Assembly (NCBI GenBank): GCA_964234715.1
Contig: OZ174275.1
From: Podarcis melisellensis
Taxonomy: Eukaryota
DNA: 64,000 nucleotides
Reading direction: 5' to 3' (one strand)
A program made the translations under genes and the position numbers. This document shows positions 60,785 through 64,000 of this stretch, piece after piece. The notes below the pieces were generated by a model. The model was given only the letters and a program-made list of their open reading frames with translations. It was not told where the DNA came from and ran no database searches. The first letter of the stretch is position 1. Every line of letters starts with the position of its first letter.

Positions 60785-63700
60785 GTCTGGTGAAAAAAGC
60801 ATATTAAATGGTCAAAAGCTGTCGTGTCCTTTCACTTCTTTCTGTTTAGTAGTCTTCAGTAGAGCTATCCTTTCACCTCTATTTGGTTAAGTTTATGAGG
60901 GGGTGTGTGATTCACAAACCCATTTTTGAGATGCCACTTGTTTTCTTGAAGATAGGTTGGAAATGGTCTCAGCTCTCTGCAGTTTTACAGCCAGACTGCA
61001 CGTTATTGTGGTATATATAGTGAGGGCAGAGTTCATTTTTTAAAAATGCCTCTTGTCCCATGTAAAAAGTTATCTGCATGTAGTCAATGAAGCTGTCGTC
61101 ATGTTTCTAATTTAGCGTGCCTGATACTTCCTTTCTAATATGCTAATTTACTATACAGAGATTAGTTTCTACGTGTGAAAAGAAAAAAAATAACACATGC
61201 GTGTCATCTACAGTCTGAAAAGATGTGTTTTGTTCTTTGGCTTTTATGTGGTTTAGTTAAGTGGAATAGGCTTACAGAGATATTTGAACTGAACTTCGAG
61301 CACAAACAGCATTTTGGTACAGCAGAAATGTAGCCTTCTAGTACACAGTCTGAAGCACAGATGCCAAGTGAAGCATGTTAAATGGACTTTTAGCTCTTCC
61401 AAACATTATGATGCACTAGTGTCCAGCATTGCTGAGGAATTCTAAGAAACCAAAGAATTTGAAATCAGTGGTTAAAATCAATGCAGTACTGAAATGTTCA
61501 ATCTACCATCTTGATTCAAAATGGCATCCAGTTGGAGCCAAATAATACAGATGAACATCAGCTCCTTGATCTCAGGGACAATCATGCAAAAATTGATTAT
61601 GATATCCTAAGAGGTGTCCAAATGCAAACAAACAACTCCCACAGATAAATACATAGTAGATAAATTAATAGTTGTTGTCATCCAAATAGCTATTTGTCCA
61701 GAGGCTTGAACATCATCAGAAGGACTTTTGTTCTTGAAACAGTTGACGCCCCTCTCTAATGCCATATCATGGATTGCTCATTTCAAAGTTTCCTTCATTT
61801 CAAAATCAGTTTGCTACGAAGAACGGAGGGCAATAGTTCAAGAAAAACAAGCAGAAAGTCCCTTTAGATATGAGAAACCTCTGCAGTTCTCTAAACATAA
61901 TTAGGTGCGTCAGTATGTCAATAACGTACCATCATTTTTCTTACGCTTTCAGATTATTAGAAGCTTTATCTTTTCTGTGTCATGCAGTGGAAAGTTGAAC
62001 ATCTTATACCCAAATTATGAGCACATATGCATATGTCTGTGTCTAAGTGCGATTCTCTCCACCCCCTGTCCCCTCAACTGGTACTATTCTCAGCTTGTCT
62101 ACATAAAACATCTAGTGATCACATTTCACTTTTCCCAATCAGCTTGTCTGCACTCGGCTAGTTTCCAGTCCTTAGCAGGAGAGTCAAACTCACCATCTCT
62201 TTCACCTTCCTGTTAATTCCACCTCCCTTGATGAATCTGATTCCTCTGGGCCAGCTGGTTGAGCTCAACAGAAGCGTGAAACTGACCATTGTATGAAGTT
62301 GTGAATTTCACCTCAGTGGTGCCAAAGTTTGGTTTCATTCTTCTGTTAAGGAGTTTCTGTATCTTCAAGCACAGAAACAGTCTCCAACCAGCACCTTCCT
62401 TACTTTGCTCTCAGTATACAGCAGCCTAGAAGTACTTATCGTAGCCATCCTTGCCTTTCATAGTTTAGTCCTGCGACAAAGAGGAAAAGCCACTAAACCT
62501 GTCGTGAAACTGGTACAGGGAGAAACATATTTATGGACTGCTGTTTTAAATCCAGAGGGCTATGCAATTAAAAAGAAATTGTCATCTGGGCGAGAATTTG
62601 GGTAGTGTTTTCCTTAATGCATAACCAGCAATCACAAATGATGGCAGTATTCTGCCACACAGGACAGGAATGTTATGCTCAGTGGTGGAGCTTCATGTTC
62701 TGGCACCGGGGGGTGGAGAGCAGGTGGGGCGGGACTGGCGCATGTCCTGGGGGCATGGCGCATGTCCTGGGGGTGTAGCAAATTGCCTGCAGGGGCATGG
62801 CGCCCAGCGCAGGCAGGGGGGCAGCCGCGATGACACCCCACCAGGGACGGTGCATTCCCCTCACTCCTCTTCCTCCGCCAGTGGTTATGCTACTCTTGCG
62901 CAAACTTTAAAAGGGTTAGAGTGCCCAAGTGTTCTTCATAAATCACTTAAAAGTCGTATGGCATGTTCTTAAACTAGTTTAATCCCATTAATGACGGTCC
63001 CCTAAGTGGTTGGTGGTTTGCCATCTGCTAGCTATAACCTGCAAAAATTCACGTATAAAATAAAGCAGTGCAAGATGCCCTTTTTACACTGTAACTATTT
63101 TGGTCTATATTGCTTTAGGAGCACTAATCCAACAGGATTTTATAATTAAAGTAGTGAGTTTATTATGAAGCATATTGTAGCTATTGTTCAGTCAGCTTGA
63201 ATGCCTTCGACAGTTACAAATTCAGTGAATAATTAAATTAGTTGTCACCTTTGTGGTTTATCTCTATTTGCCTCCAGTAGTAAAACATGCGTCAAACAAT
63301 AAATTGAACATTGCCTACCAGGTAGAAGCAAACAAATGTTATACTACTGGAAGCTGGGGGAAAGCTGGTTATACTTAACAAGCACATACCTGTTCATGGG
63401 GACTTGTAGGTCCTTCTCCTAAAGGTTAGGAGGCCTCCTGGAGCAGCAGCAGCCTAGCCACACAATTCTGTCCCTCCCTTGAGCAGAAAGTCTTCCTGAT
63501 CATGCATGGCGGGGTAGGCTGGGCTTGGATATTGCCCATTCTTTGTACATCTCCAATTGACTGCACTAGATTTCATAAATGCTTTATTGCCCAAGATACA
63601 TTCATGTTTATTGCTCCAAAATATTTGTGTTCTTTTGGATGTGCACATTAGTTCCAAGGTGGAGCTTGGTTTAGAGCGAGGTGTACTTATACCGTTCCTC

Positions 63701-64000
63701 TTTAAAGAACCATGTGTTCCACAGTGGTGATCTTCCACCACCAGCAACATCTTATTTCACAGGAACAAACAACCCTGCAGTGAAAACCGAGGGTAGAATT
63801 CAATGTTGGTGGTGGTGGGGATGCACATGGGGAACAAGGTCTGCATGTGCAACCGGTCTTCTCCCCTCTCTTTCCCCTGTGTGCCCTCTAAACCTTTTCT
63901 GAGTCCCCCCCAACCTTCCAGAGAAGATTTGGGGGGGCAGGGGGAGGAGAGGCGAGGAACATCCCATTGCATTAGCAGACCCTGTTCCACCCACACAACA

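Noticed and set aside
60785-64000. Next CCDC141 exon (expected LK.SFKDIKKKFNN-like)
   Set aside because: Not found; the candidate acceptor near 61809 reads into a stop.

Overview
Vertebrate genomic DNA, most likely a squamate reptile (probably a lacertid lizard, judged from Sauria SINEs, BovB/RTE, L2 and (CTT)n-tailed CORE-SINEs). The whole window lies inside one + strand gene, CCDC141 (CAMDI; coiled-coil/spectrin-like repeats). Fifteen consecutive GT-AG coding exons (about exons 3-17 by my recollection of the human numbering; 9535-60784) splice into one open frame of 2499 nt (833 codons); start and stop lie outside the window. Introns are full of short transposon relics: eight Tc1/mariner-pogo MITEs, hAT MITEs with 8-bp TSDs, SINEs, LINE 3' ends, solo-LTR-like elements and Penelope-like fragments. 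Most short ORFs in the track are repeat-derived or spurious. The most striking signal is a set of Penelope-like insertions carrying minimal hammerhead ribozymes. One (45236-45516) is an inverted-arm insertion whose loop is a perfect 69-bp reverse-complement copy of a sequence about 5 kb upstream in the same gene (40151-40219), joined by 3-nt microhomologies. Another (7897-8092) has an antisense arm ending at the predicted ribozyme cleavage site. No prokaryotic-type systems or CRISPR arrays were seen. Repeat family names are from pattern recognition, not database searches.
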